A DNA stretch of 64,000 nt from NCBI RefSeq assembly GCF_000143415.4, contig NW_003314280.1:806001-870000 (forward strand), in the 5' to 3' direction. Position numbers and translations under genes: made by a program. Of the stretch, positions 26,931 to 40,482 are shown in pieces. Position 1 is the stretch's first letter, and every line of letters starts with the position of its first letter. This stretch comes from Selaginella moellendorffii. Its lineage: Eukaryota; Plantae; Lycopodiophyta. The notes below the pieces were generated by a model, which was not told the DNA's origin, did no database searches, and saw nothing but the letters and a program-made list of their open reading frames with translations.

Positions 26931-28681
26931 ATGTTAGATTGTGTTGACTTGACAGCCTATATTAGTGCAGTTAATCACTCAAATTAAAGAAATTCCATTT
27001 TTAGCTACTTAAACTTATTACAAAATACTAGATTCTTTCCTTCTAGAGGGGCTTCAAACAAGTGATATATATTTACAAGTACTCTCCTCTTTTTAAGTTT
27101 GATAGATAGTAAAAAGTCTCCTCTACATTGAGCTCAACTTAGTTTAATAAAAAGGAAAATTTTAATTTTCATTAAAGGATGTATGAAAAGTAAATTAATA
27201 ATTTATTATAATAAATTACTATGTGTTGCATATAGCAACACTTGGTTTGCTTAATGGTAGTTTTATTATTACTTATTAATCCAATCGATCAAATAAACTT
27301 TATAATTATAAGCATGTATGTTATTTATAAACACAAGATTAATCTTATTGCATATCAACCATTAGATGATAGAATAAAAAAGAATATACTAAAAAGGGTT
27401 TAAGAAAAGTTTATAAATTATAAGTACAAGATTAATCTAAATGAATAACAACCATTAGATTGTAGAATATCCTAGAATATCCAAGCATATTCTAGGTATA
27501 TTCACTACCATCCATAGGTTTGCTTAAGAAAACCAAAAATGGCTTATACTACCGTTACCTTGATATAAAAATGAAATTTTTTTTTAATAATATTCTAATT
27601 AGTAGTTTTTTGTGTGATATGCTATAATAGTTTTAGTTTGTGGTTATATCATTGTTTAATTTGGATCCCAAGCTCAACCCCCAGTCTTGTGCTCAAATTC
27701 CACTTGGGACATCCCCCCAACAGACCCTGCCCCGAGCACCCTGCGCACCCCGACGCTGGCGGGCAGACCGATGTGGAGTCATTGGTTGGGCGACCGAGAC
27801 TCTCTAAGTACGGCCCACAGGTGTCTTGCTTGCTTGTGTGAGAGAGTATATATTCAACCAGGACTCCTGATGGAGCTTTTATCTTTTTTGTAATTTTACA
27901 CTTAGAAGTAGGGACTTTCTTACTTGGCTTCTCCATCCCGTGGCAGTCTGAAATCACGGGCCATGGTGTGGTGGGGATCTTGCTATTGTAAATTTCCTGC
28001 AAAATTCCTCCCACTCCCGTCAGCTTGTGGTATCTATAAATCTATGCAAAGTTCCGCTCACCCTCGTCAGCATGTGGTCATTTTCTTCTTTGCAAGTAGG
28101 TAATGAAGTTTGGCAAAGGGGAGGTAGAGATTGCTGCTTTTGCAGCTGTGGTTTGCGACCTGGTTTGCAATCATCTAACCTGGTGTCTTTTGATTTTTAA
28201 AAGGATCTAATTAACTCTAAATATTTCAATGCAAGCCTCATATAATATGGGTACAAGGGATCCACTTGATGATGAATCAACTTTCCAGTTCCAAGTAACG
28301 AATCAATTTAATTTTGTTTACAGTCCACTTGTACCCGCTTAGGAAGCACGGACATTTCAAGCACCAACCCAGCTTTGCTCTAGAATGCATCATTGCCAAG
28401 TTCGCTTTCTTGTCACGAGGCTTAAAAGTACAAATAATTGGAGTGATAACTAGGTCCAAATCCTATACGTGATTCGCCTGGCCAAGAATATCCGAGGAGA
28501 CTTAATCGAGATTACATTTGATAGAATCAAATATTGAAGATATACTTGTCTCAAAAGTCTTGCGTTGCTTTAGAGGTGGCCTAAAGTTTGGTGTGATTTG
28601 TCGAGTATTTAAAGGCATAGATGTCCCTGAGATTAATAACTCACACTATCCAAGCAATATTAGAAGATTAAATCGAAGAAA

Positions 28682-29294
28682 ATGGCAAAATCAAGCATAG
28701 CATTCATTCTCCCACTTGCATGCCTCCTGCTTGCGAGTGCTGTTCATGTTTCAGCTTTAGACAATGATGTTAGTGGAGACCTCTCTGGTATGGTATATAA
28801 CCTGGTCTAAACTTTTGTTTGACTCTTTGTCCATGTAAATGTTTTTGCAAGGCACTATGAGATCTCTAAAGACGGTGCTTCCTACAAATGGAACTTCATC
28901 AAACATTGGTGTCCCATTGGATCTAGTTGACAAAGTACTTGGAATTGTCACTCAAGTTATAGCTAGTTTAAAGGCCCTCGTCCTCAAAGTTCCCTTGCTG
29001 TGTGTCATCCTTTATCCAGTGATTATCATCCTTGAGATCATTGTGATCTACATCCCTGGTGGCTACCCTTGCCCAATTATCATTGGCGTCATCTGCAAGT
29101 ATCTGGGCAATGCCATTCCTGTGTGGACTCCAATCAAGTTCATCAAAGTTGATCTAACGGTTATCTTGAGCCTCACCGCAACTATCAAGCTTCTGCAGAG
29201 TGTGATTATCCTTGTTACTCCAAACAGCTGCATTTTCCTTGTGCTGAGTGCAGTGGTTAGTATCCTTAAGTCGGTGCTTGCATTACTCTATTAA
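28682..29294 (+). CDS. Orphan secreted hydrophobic protein (copy 2); exons 28682-28787 and 28852-29294
   Basis: Same structure as 12907-13519 with only a few substitutions. Confidence 0.85.
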
Positions 29295-29710
29295 GCTGTA
29301 ATAGCGAAATGCAAATGCAAAATGCAAAATGTTTAGAATAAACAATCAAATAAAACTATACTAATATTATTGATCATTGGAGTTATTTTAGAGTTGGATT
29401 TCAGGAATCTCACAGCTCTTATTCACGTCCATGGAGCGTGCCGATGTCGATCGACTCCATCTCTCGCTCCTTAAGCTGCAAGCCCTTCATCACACAGAAT
29501 TTCCTTTAGCGCCTTTGTTCGATCAACAACCGTTGATCGAAGTGACAATGCCTGTGAGATAGGCATCTGAGGCCGCAGCTGCTCGCCACAAGAAACTCCA
29601 CTTCTTCAACTTCATGCTGCTCATGGGATTTTCCCAGCAGCTCCACCCATCGTCGTTTTCGTTGTCGCTCGCCCACATTGCACTCGCCACTCCTAGAAAA
29701 GCGGGAGTCG

Positions 29711-29760
29711 AACATCCACGTCCATCCACGTCCATCCACGTCCATCCACGGACATCCACG
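29711..29760 (+). repeat. 10-bp tandem repeat (TCCATCCACG) x5
   Basis: Direct reading. Absent at the homologous site near 13950-13980. Confidence 0.9.
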
Positions 29761-29968
29761 TGCCGCCATTAGCAAACTTGCTAATTTATACTTAATTAAC
29801 ACTGTATACCAAACGTTCACTATCAATTTTAATAATGTACGTATATAATAAAATGAATAATGATCAAATCTCCAGCTCGTCCACCTTGCCGCTGCCGTCC
29901 TTTGTAGCTTCAAGCGTGTGACTTTTGATGAATATCAAACCGCTCGTAGATGAATAGTTGGACCCTTC

Positions 29969-32470
29969 TTATCCGGCCGCCTCCTGTATAGTCTTGAGCT
30001 TATCATGATCCTCCCACAGCCCCGCGCTCCGGTAGATGCTCGCCATCAGAACGTACGCAGCCGAGTCTTTCCCGTCGATCTTCGTCAGTGCCTCGAACGC
30101 AATCCTGCCCACTTCCACGTTCTTCGGCAGGCCCCGAGGACGCTCCTCCAGACCACAGCGTCGCTCTCAAAGGCCTGCTCTCGAGGACTTTGACGGCCTC
30201 TTCCAGTCGGTTTGCACGCCCGAAGAGATCCACCAAGCTGCTGTAGTGATGAATCCCCACTTCCACGTTCTTCCACTTGCGGCAGGCCCCGAGGACGGTC
30301 CTCCAAACCACAGATCCACCATGCACTGCTGTAGTGATGAATCCCGCAAACAATGCCAGAGTTCGGGTCCATTGCCTGGAAAAACTCCCTGCCTCGTTCA
30401 ACCAGGCCGCCGTGGCTGCATGCAGTGATGACCGAGACAAACGTGATCGCGTTTGCTCGCACGCCATCTTCTCGCATCTCGCAAAAGGCTTCGAACACGC
30501 GCCCTGTTGGCCGAATCCTGTGACCAGTGCATTTCTCCGACTGCCAGAGATTCAAACAAGTGCTCGGCCGCAGTCATAACCCCGCACCTCCCGTAGAAGT
30601 TTACCATGCACGTCCCCACAACATGGTCGTCTTCCAGCCCACGCCTGCAAAACTCAGTCTGGATTTTCCTTCCAGCTTCACTGGACCCAACGTTCCCACA
30701 GGCCATAAGTCCCGCTACAAGAGTCCGAGAGTTTGGAGCACAGTCCATGCTCTCCAAGAGTTCCAGCCCGAGCTCACTCTCACCGTTGTCTACATATCCC
30801 TGTATCAAGCTCGTCCAAACGACAACGTCCCGGCTAGGCATGCGTTTGAAAACTGCTCGAGCTTTCACCATATCTCCATACTTGGCATACATGTCCACCA
30901 AGCTGCTCCCGACAAATCTGTGCTCGCAGCATCCAAACTTCGCGGCGAGAGAATGAATCTCCATCCCCTTTTCTAGGCTCTGGATTCGCAATAGCTTTCC
31001 ATCTTCTCGCGGAACAGGTTGTTCGGATGCTGAAAGGTGGACGCAGGCCATGACCGCAGCAATAAACGTTCTCTCGTCCGGATCGTTCTCCCGAGCCATG
31101 CCGAAGACCAGCTCCAAGGCCAGCTTGCTGTCTCCACTTCCAGCAGATCCCTGGATCGTTGCGTTCCACGAAGACCTTGCGAGCTTCCTCTAGCGTCCCA
31201 CACTTCGCGTACATATCGATCAGTGTGTTCCCCACGAACACATCCTCACAGCACCTATTGTTTGAAGCTTCACCGTGGATAGCCAGCCCAGTTTCCAAGC
31301 TCTTTCTCTTCACGAGTTTCCCGTCGACATCCACCGCTTCCTCTCGCATTGCCGAGCTCGCACAGGCGGCAAGCGTAGCAACATACGTTCGAGAGTTTGG
31401 ACAGCACCCGGATAGCTTCATATCTTCGAAGAACACGAGAGCCAGCTCGCTTTCCCCGTTGTCCACAAAGCCTTGTATCAAGCTCGTCCAGAGCACGACA
31501 TCACGGCGAGGCATGCTCTCGAAAACCATCCACGCGTCGACCATGCTCCCACACTTCGAGTACATGTCCACGAGGCTGCTCCCCTCGAAGATATCTCCAC
31601 AGCAGTGGCTTTTCACAGCTCCATCGTGAACAGCGAGCCCCTTCTCCAGGCTCTTCGTCTTCACCATCTTTCCATCTCCTTGAGTGGCCTCCTCTTTCAC
31701 TGCTAGATTCGCACAGGCCTTGGCAGCAGCAACGAAAGTCTGAGAGTTTGGCGAGCAGTCCATCCTCCCAAAGAACTCGAGAGCGACCTCGCTTTCTCCA
31801 TTCTCTACGTAGCCCAGTATCAAAGCAGACCACGTCTCGCCGTGGCATCTCATCGAAGACCGATCGAGCATCGAGCATGCTGCCGCACTTGGAGTACATA
31901 TCGATCAGCGAGCTCGAAAACGTCTTCGCTGCAAGATGGCCCCATCTGCTTGGCTTGAGAGTGGATGCCTCTGCCGGTCTCGAGACTAGCCTCCTTGACG
32001 AGCTTCCCGTCGACCAAAACAGCGGCTTCCTTCGCCGCGAGGCTGCTACAAGCCTTCGACGCGGCCATGAAGCTCCTGGAGTTTGGCTTGCAGCCCGACC
32101 GCCTGGCTTGCATCCTCTCGAAGAGATCCAGAGCCACATCGCTCTCGCCATTGTAGCCCAGCATCAAAACGCTCCAGGACATCACGTTTGGGTGAAGAAT
32201 GCTGTCGAACACGCGGCGGGAATCCTCCATGCTGCCGCATTTTGCGTACATGTCCACCAGCGCATTGACGACATAGATCCCCAGCTGCTTGCTCTCCGCC
32301 GCCTGGGCGTGGATCGCCTTGCTAGCAAATATTTAGGGTTCTTGCGATGGATGGGAAGAGTTCGCTTGTTCCATGGCTTGGCGACGGCAGCGATTCGATG
32401 CGCCGCACCAGCATTCGCTCCTTCGGCAGCGCAGCCCGATCAGCAGGCGGCCGCGCTGGTGTCGGCGCTG
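29969..32470 (-). pseudogene. PLS-E PPR pseudogene (copy 3); N-terminal ~150 bp (about 32320-32470) inverted
   Basis: Same motifs as copy 2 with different indels and an internal duplication of the E-domain region. Confidence 0.9.
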
Positions 32471-33430
32471 GATTTGCTGGAAATTCAACCAAGGCCGTCG
32501 ATTCAAGAATATCGGACGGTTGGAAATGAATCTGGGACCATTTACATTCACCGCGACGCTAATGTTCTTCATCACTTCATACACCGTGAAGGCAATCCCC
32601 ACGCCCGGAAAAAAGGTACTCGAGCAAAATCCCCCTGTACAACCCAGCAATGTGCCTCAGCGAGCTCGCAATCCCCATCTCCGATCGCCCTCGAGTTGCA
32701 TCCTTCTCTTTCCCAAATCGATCGGAAACACCACTGAAAACAGGAGCGATGGCGATCAAACGTAATCGATCTTAAGACTCTCACCTGTTGAGGGCTACTC
32801 CACCGGAGATCAAGCTCGTCACCATCCTGGACGAGTCGGGCCTGAAAGTAAACATGCTCACACTCTAGTCCAAGGACTCGAAACTAAGAAAAAATCCACC
32901 TTTGAGCGTTCCAGTAATAAGCTCTCGAAGAACGTGCTAAAAGCGTCGGCCAGAGCCCCTTGTAAAGGCCAAGAAAGCTCTCCTGTGGAAAGCGTGTGGC
33001 AGATGCCCGTGTAGTGCTTTGAGGTTGTATGCAAATCACAGTGGTCATTTCACTTGCGAGGTGAAGAGCACGGCGCAAAATAAGTCCCAAGAAACTCTCT
33101 GTCAAAGCCATACTTCAGCTAAGAGCTTCTGTTGATGATTGTGGTGTGATGTTCCACAGAAGTCGTTTGGCTGCCGGATGCTGGATCTCTTGGTGGCACT
33201 CGGACATCTTGGCTGCCGTTTCAAGGAGCGTGATCGCTTGATCCAAGCTGACCGGTGCCATCCTGCACTGTTGCGTGCTATTCACTCGGAAGACTACGCT
33301 TGAAGTCATATCGAGGATAAGTTATTTCGTCTTTCTTCCAGCTTTGATGGTCCAGCACGCTCTATCGTTGACTGTTTTTCTTTGAACATCAGTCCAACTG
33401 GTGGACTAGATAGTCATGGTCCTAAAGGAG
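32470..33430 (-). pseudogene. Mitochondrial carrier pseudogene (copy 3)
   Basis: HIAGLYRGILLEY, PGVGIAFTVYEVMK and GLYKGL motifs, with deletions. Confidence 0.7.
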
Positions 33431-33559
33431 ATGTACTGTGTTCCGTAAGAAGTTCTAAGGCCACATTTTATATTCCAGATCGCTACCTTGTGCAGTTTTC
33501 TGATCTATCAAATGGTTTGAATAAGAAGTAGCGGCCACGTCTTTCTCCAATTTGCTGCG

Positions 33560-34075
33560 GTTTTGTTTCTACTCTGCCTTTTTCACAACATCTCGGTCGC
33601 AGTGCCCCAGGAATCCATCCGGGATCGTCAACGACACACAGGTTCTTCTCTCTCTCGGAGTGCCATCAACGTGTGGAACAAGACTGTCAATCCAAACGAA
33701 TGGCCGGGGCTGTCTCGCCTGGACCTCTCTCATAACAACATCTCCTCGCTGAAGGTGGTTGGCTGCAGGAACATGCGGCTCAAGCTTCTCAACTTCTTTG
33801 CAAGAGTTCCTGGAAAATCTCTCCAGCCTTGGGAGTTTAGAAATCTTGGATCTCAGTTAGAACATCTTACAGTCCCATAACGACCTTGTTTCCATCAGTT
33901 GGACCTCTCGCACAACGAATTCAGTGGCTCCATTCCAGAGACTCACGAACTTGACGTGCCTGGACATTTCGTATAACAGGTTTAGTGGAGATTTACCCAA
34001 TATTTGAAGCAAGAACGTCTGTGGAACGTCTCAAACAATTCCAGACCAGGCTTGTGTTTGTGCGCTGCAAGTATG
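33560..34075 (+). pseudogene. LRR gene fragment (copy 3)
   Basis: LSRLDLSHNNISSL, LDLSHNEFSGSIP, LDISYNRFSGDLP. Confidence 0.7.
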
Positions 34076-35397
34076 AACCATAATTTAAATTCTCAATAAA
34101 TTTTTGAATATATGTTTATTTTGCATAAGTATGGTAATGGATATATCTAAAATATGCTTGAAAATTTTGGTTTATTATTTAATGTTGTGTTTATAATTTA
34201 TAAACATGTATATCATTTAAAAATTTGGTATGTGTTGCATGTAGCAACACTTGGTTTTCTTAATAGTAGTGTTATTCCTTTATTAATCCAATTGATCAAA
34301 TGGAAGTTTATAATTATAAAACTATTTATAATTTATAAACACAAAATTAATCTTATTTAATATTAACCATTATATGGTAGAATAAATGAGAATATACTAG
34401 GAAGTGTTTAATAAGAAATTTTATAAATTATAAATACAAGATTAATCTAAATGTATAACAACCGTTAGATGGTAGAATATCCTAGAATATCCAAAAATAT
34501 TCTAGGTATTTAGTAGCAACAGGTTTCCTTAAGCAAACAAAAAATTTCCATAAACACCTCCAAGTATATTCTAGCATATTCTACAATCTAATGGTGTATA
34601 TACATTTAGATTAATCATGTGTTTTTTATTTATAGTAAATTTAACTTATATTAAAAATTAGTTTATGATGTTTTTATACACTTTTAGAGAGCTTTTCCTG
34701 CTGGCTTTGCAAGCAATGGTTCAGAGATCCTGCAAGGGACCTGTGGTAGCAATATAAAATATTACTTCTCTTTGCTATTCTGTTTTAATCCAAACACCCA
34801 CACATCTCCATCTTCTTGCCAACTCAGACTGCCTTGAAGCTCATTAACTAACTCACTAAGTGATATTGTAATTTCTATAGAGGTGCTGTTATTCTCAAGG
34901 AGAAGTTCAAGTGGAGAGGGCAAGTCATTATGGGGGATATTTCCTTGGATCCTTGTATGACTTTCTCTAATTCTATGATTTTTTAGTTTACTTAAACAAA
35001 GTAATACACAAAGATATGCTTGGATATTCTATTATCTAACAGTTGTTATTCATTTATATTAATTTGGCAATTATAATTTATATACATGGTTATAATTTGA
35101 GAAATTGAGAAGCTAAAGAAATTACGTAAAGCCAATAATGAGAGAAAAGAAGAAATATTAACTAGGTGTTGTAATACTAAGGTTAGGATTAAAATGGAAT
35201 AAGTGAAGAAGAGATATAAAAATAACAAAAATAAAATATTAATTTAATAAATATATAATATAATTATTAGTAAATTTATAGGGAAAAGTATTACTACCTA
35301 GACCTCTAAAAAATACTAAAAATAGTTGTATATATATGTAGACAGACTAGCTTTTAAATATTTTTTAATATTAAGTTAGGTATTAAAAATAAAAATG

Positions 35398-37680
35398 TAT
35401 GAGTGCATGGAATATAGAAATGAAATACAAACATGTGCATATTTGATTAATCTAAAAACCCTAACTTATATACAAGGGTTTGAATTGAAACTAATCCAAT
35501 GGCTATTAAAATCCTACTATACCAATATTAATATATGCAATTGTATATCATCCCCTTCTTTTTAAAAGATGGAAAGTAGTTAAAGTTGCTTGATTGATAG
35601 GTTGGGATTTGGAGAAACATTAGGAAAAAACACTAGTATATCTGTAGGCAATCTTAATCCTTTTATATGACCATATAGCATAAAGTTAAATCATCCACTT
35701 TATACTCTATAGGTAGACAATGATAATAGTTGAGTGTTCAATAGATTCTTTTTAAATCACTAGAAGAATACTTATTATATATTGATCTTAGGACTCAATA
35801 ATTCATAAAAATTAGGAAGGTAAACTCAACTTTGTTAGCAATATTTGATCATCATTATATAAAAATTTATATAGCAAAGCACTAATAAAAATCTCTACCC
35901 CATGATATACAAATACTAAAAAGATAATAAATAACTATCCTAGTCTAAATTGTTAAAAGTTCATATGCTTTATGATCATCCCTTTGAAGGTCTGAACTAA
36001 CCATTTCATTAAAGCATTTATCTATGGATAATAAACACTTCTGATAGTGTGGTATATTTTCAATCAAGACATTAAAATATAAAATGCCTTAGTTATAAAT
36101 GCAAGATTATTATCCAAAAGAATCTACTCTGGATATAAATGTTAAACCACCACTCAATTGAGGATGAAATATTTAATAATAGTTGCAAATGTATTAGTTA
36201 AAACACAAACTTCCACCCAACAAATCAAGTAGTTAAAAGCATAATTAATATTAAATTAAATGCCATAAAATCAAAAGGATGGAAAATTATAATTAACCCT
36301 AACCATGGTTTTCAAATATAGTTACTATGGTTACTTTATTATTGAAGTGGATGTACATAGTTTTTAATATTTATTGAGTTCTAAAGCTTTAAATATATAA
36401 TTTTGAGGTTATTCATTGCTTAGACAGTTTTATGGTTAATGTTAACACCCTTTTTCAAGTTTTTCTCTTTCTTTACTCTCTTTTCATATTCTTAACCTTT
36501 ATTATTCTAGTATCAATAAATTTTTTAGATGAGGATTCCATGGCATTAGCAGTTGTTATATTTAATATTCAATGTCCACAAAGTGTAAAACTATATTTAA
36601 TTTTTTTGATAAAGCTCGTGAGGTTTAAAAAGTTAAACCATAGATTTAAAGGCTTTATGATGGATTTGAGAATTCTATATCACTTATTAATAATTTATTC
36701 TTTTTATATTTACATTCTCAATACTACATTAAAGATGACTTTCTTTACTTTGTGGAGACTAATTTTAATAACTATGTGGTGTCTTCAATCTTTATTCTAC
36801 ACTTTCTTTATATTTATCATGACTCTTTTATTTTAAATAGACATATAAAACATCAGTGTGTGAGTGAGAAGTTATGCAATTTTTTTTTATTGGTAGAAAA
36901 TGCAATATAATGTTATTTAATATTTGCATAGTTATATGAGTTTGTAATACTCCCGTTCGTGGTGCAAAAAGATGATTAAAGTTGATTGTAATTTTCCGTC
37001 TTTTTAAGTTTGTGGCATTTGATTTGATGAGGCTTTTTCCATGATCAATTATTAACAATGAGTATGTTATTATTTCTTTTAACTATTTGACTTGTTAAAT
37101 GGGAGTTAGTGCTCTTGCTAATGCATCTACAACTACTATTAAATACTTTTTCCTTAATTAAGTGGTGTTTTAACATTTATATTTAAAACAAATTTTCTCA
37201 GATAATAATTTTGCATTTATGGCTGAGATCTTTTATATTTTGACATCTCAACTAAGGATACATCACACTTTCACAAATTTTTATCATTCATAAATGGATG
37301 GTTTAGTGGAAGTGCTTATTCAGAATTTTAAAAGGATAATATTATAAAGTATACGAACTTTCAACATTTAGATTAGGATGGTTATTTGTTATCTCTCTTA
37401 TATGCATATGTCACAAAAATGTAAATTTCAATTAGTGCTTTACCATAAAAACTCTTATATGATTGTGACTTGATATTGCTATTAGAGTTGAGTTTATCTT
37501 CATAATTGCTATGAATTACTAATACTAAATCTAGAAATCAATATTTGACATGCTTTGTGGAGGACTATCTTCACTCTATTGCACCATACTTAGAAGAGAA
37601 TCAAAGAATCTGAGTAAGAGATGAAAAGCTAAGATAATTTGAGATTATTAAAGACCTATACTTAGACAACAATTGATGTC
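35398..37680 (-). mobile_element. Old, AT-decayed Gypsy remnant (copy 3)
   Basis: Colinear with 24604-26930 but without the solo LTR. Confidence 0.7.
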
Positions 37681-39169
37681 GAGATTGTGTTGACTTGACA
37701 GCCTATATTAGTGCAGTTAATGACTCAAATTAAGAATTTTCATTTTTAGCTACTTAAACTTATTATAAAATACTAGATTCTTTCCTTCTAGAGGGGCTTC
37801 AAACAAGTCATATATATCTACAAGTACTCTCCTCTTTTAAATTTGATATATAGTAAAAATTATCCTCTACATTGAGCTCAACTTAATTTAATAAAAACGA
37901 AAATTTTAATTTTCATTAAAGGATGTATGAAAAGTAAATTAATAATTTATTATAAAAATGGCTTATACTAATCCATCGATATAAAAATGAAATTTGTTTT
38001 TGATAATATTCTAACTAATAGTTTATTGCATTTTGTATTTGTGTGATATGCTATAATAAGTGATCTGATTATGAAAAATCATAGATATGTAATATGTATA
38101 GCAATCAATTTGTTGTTGGTAATTAACACCTTCATCCCAAACCTACGTGTACGGCAGGGGCGAAATACACGTATTTTCAGGTAAAAGTATGAAAAAGACT
38201 TCTTGATGAAAGATTTTCACTATGGGCATGCATTTTCATCTTACTTATGGTTATATCATTGTTTAATTTGGATCCCAAGCTCAACCCCCGGTCTTGTGCT
38301 CGAATTCCACTTGGGACAACCCCCCAACAGAGCCTGCCCCGAGCACCCTGCACACCCCGACGCTGGCGAGCGGACCGATGGGGAGTCACTGGTTGGACGA
38401 CCGAGACTCTCTAAGTACGGCCCACAGGTGTCTTGGTTGCTTGTGTGAGAGAGTATACATTCATGTTGTCCAACCAGGACTCCTGATGGAGCTTTTATCT
38501 CGTTGCTTGGAACTGGAAAGTTGATTCATCATCAAGTGGATCCCTTGTACCCATATTATATGAGGCTTCATTTAGAGCATTGAAAGATTTAGAGTTAATT
38601 AGATCCTTTTAAAAATCAAAAGACACCTGGTTAGATGATCGCAAACCAGGTCGCAAACCACAGCTGCAAAAGCAGCAATCTCTACCTTCCCTTTGCCAAA
38701 CTTCATTACCTACTCGCAAAGAAGAAAATGACCACATGCTGACGAGGGTGAGCGGAACTTTGCATAGATTTATAGATACCACAAGCTGACGGGAGTGAAT
38801 CAATTTAATTTTGTTTACAGTTCACTTGTACCCGCTTAGGAAGCACGGACATTCCAAGCACCAACTCAGCTTTGCTCTAGAGTGTATTATTGCCAAGTTT
38901 GCTTTCTTGTCACGAGTACAAATAACTGGAGTGATAACTAGGTTCAAATCCTATACGTGGTTCGCCTGGCCAAGGATATCCGAGGAGACTTAATCGAGAT
39001 TACATTAGATAGAATCAAATATTCAAGATATACTTGTCTCAAAAGTCTTGCGTTGCTTTAGAGGTGGCCTAAAGTTTGGTGTGATTTGTCGAGTATTTAA
39101 AGGCATAGATGTCCCTCAGATTAATAACTCACACTATCCAAGCAATATTAGAAGATTAAATCGAAGAAA

Positions 39170-39782
39170 ATGGCAAAATCAAGCATAGCATTCATTCTCC
39201 CACTTGCATGCCTCCTGCTTGCGAGTGCTGTTCATGTTTCAGCTTTAGACAATGATGTTAGTGGAGACCTCTCTGGTATGGTATATAACCTGGTCTAAAC
39301 TTTTGTTTGACTCTTTGTCCATGTAAATGTTTTTGCAAGGCACTATGAGATCTCTAAAGACGGTGCTTCCTTCAAATGGAACTTCATCAAACATTGGTGT
39401 CCCATCGGCTCTAGTTGACAAAGTACTTGGAATTGTCACTCAAGTTATAGCTAGTTTAAAGGACCTCGTCCTCAAAGTTCCCTTGCTGTGTGTCATCCTT
39501 TATCCAGTGATTATCATCCTTGAGATCATTGTGATCTACATCCCTGGTGGCTACCCTTGCCCGATTATCATTGGCGTCATCTGCAAGTATCTGGGCAATG
39601 CCATTCCTGTGTGGACTCCAATCAAGTTCATCAAAGTTGATCTAACGGTTATCTTGAGCCTCACTGCAACTATCAAGCTTCTGCAGAGTGTGATTATCCT
39701 TGTTACTTCAAACAGTTGCATTTTCCTTGTGCTGAGTGCAGTGGTTAGTATCCTTAAGTCGGTGCTTGCATTACTCTATTAA
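39170..39782 (+). CDS. Orphan secreted hydrophobic protein (copy 3); exons 39170-39275 and 39340-39782
   Basis: Same structure as copies 1 and 2, ORF intact. Confidence 0.85.
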
Positions 39783-40482
39783 GCTGCAATAGCGGACAAA
39801 ATGCAAAATGTTTAGAATAAACAATCAAATAAAACTATACTAATATTATTGAGTGATTGTGGCACGTGGATGTCCGATTGTTGCCAGATTGAAAGGTTCT
39901 GGTGGTTCGACCAGGAGTGGCGATCGCAATTTGGGCGAGCGACGAGGATCCAGACGAAAACGACGATGGGGTGGAGCTGCTGGGAAAATCCCCATGAGCA
40001 GCATGAAGTTGAAGAACTGGAGTTTCTTGTGGCGAGCAGCTGCGGCCTCAGATGAGGGGCCTATCTCACAGGCATTGTCAGTTCGATCAACGGTTGTTGA
40101 TCGAACAAAGGCGCTCAAGGAAATTCTGTGTGATGAAGGGCTTTGCAGCGTAAGGAGCGAGAGCTGGAGTCGATCGACATCGGCAGAGAGACGCTGGACG
40201 TGAATAAGAGCACGCTCAAGTTTAATGTTTTCAAGGCTGAAAGTATTAGCAAATTTGCTAATTTATGCTTAACACTGTATATCAAACGTTCACTATCAAT
40301 TGGAAACTTAATAATGTACGTATATAATAAAATGAAAAGCTGGGAAATGATGATTGGTTGACCAGCTGGTTGATCATACCAGACACATGAGACCAAAGTT
40401 GGGGCCAAACACGTGTCGCGGTACCAGCCGTCTAAACAAAACCCATGCCATACAAAACTACTAAACTCACCCACGACCACTA

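Larger units (their letters stand above)
1..40330. repeat. Tandem triplication of a ~10.5-kb module
   Basis: Orphan gene ATGs at 12907, 28682 and 39170. PPR, carrier, LRR and Gypsy-remnant blocks recur in each unit. The spacing difference (15775 vs 10488 bp) is mostly explained by the Gypsy and solo LTR insertions. Confidence 0.92.
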
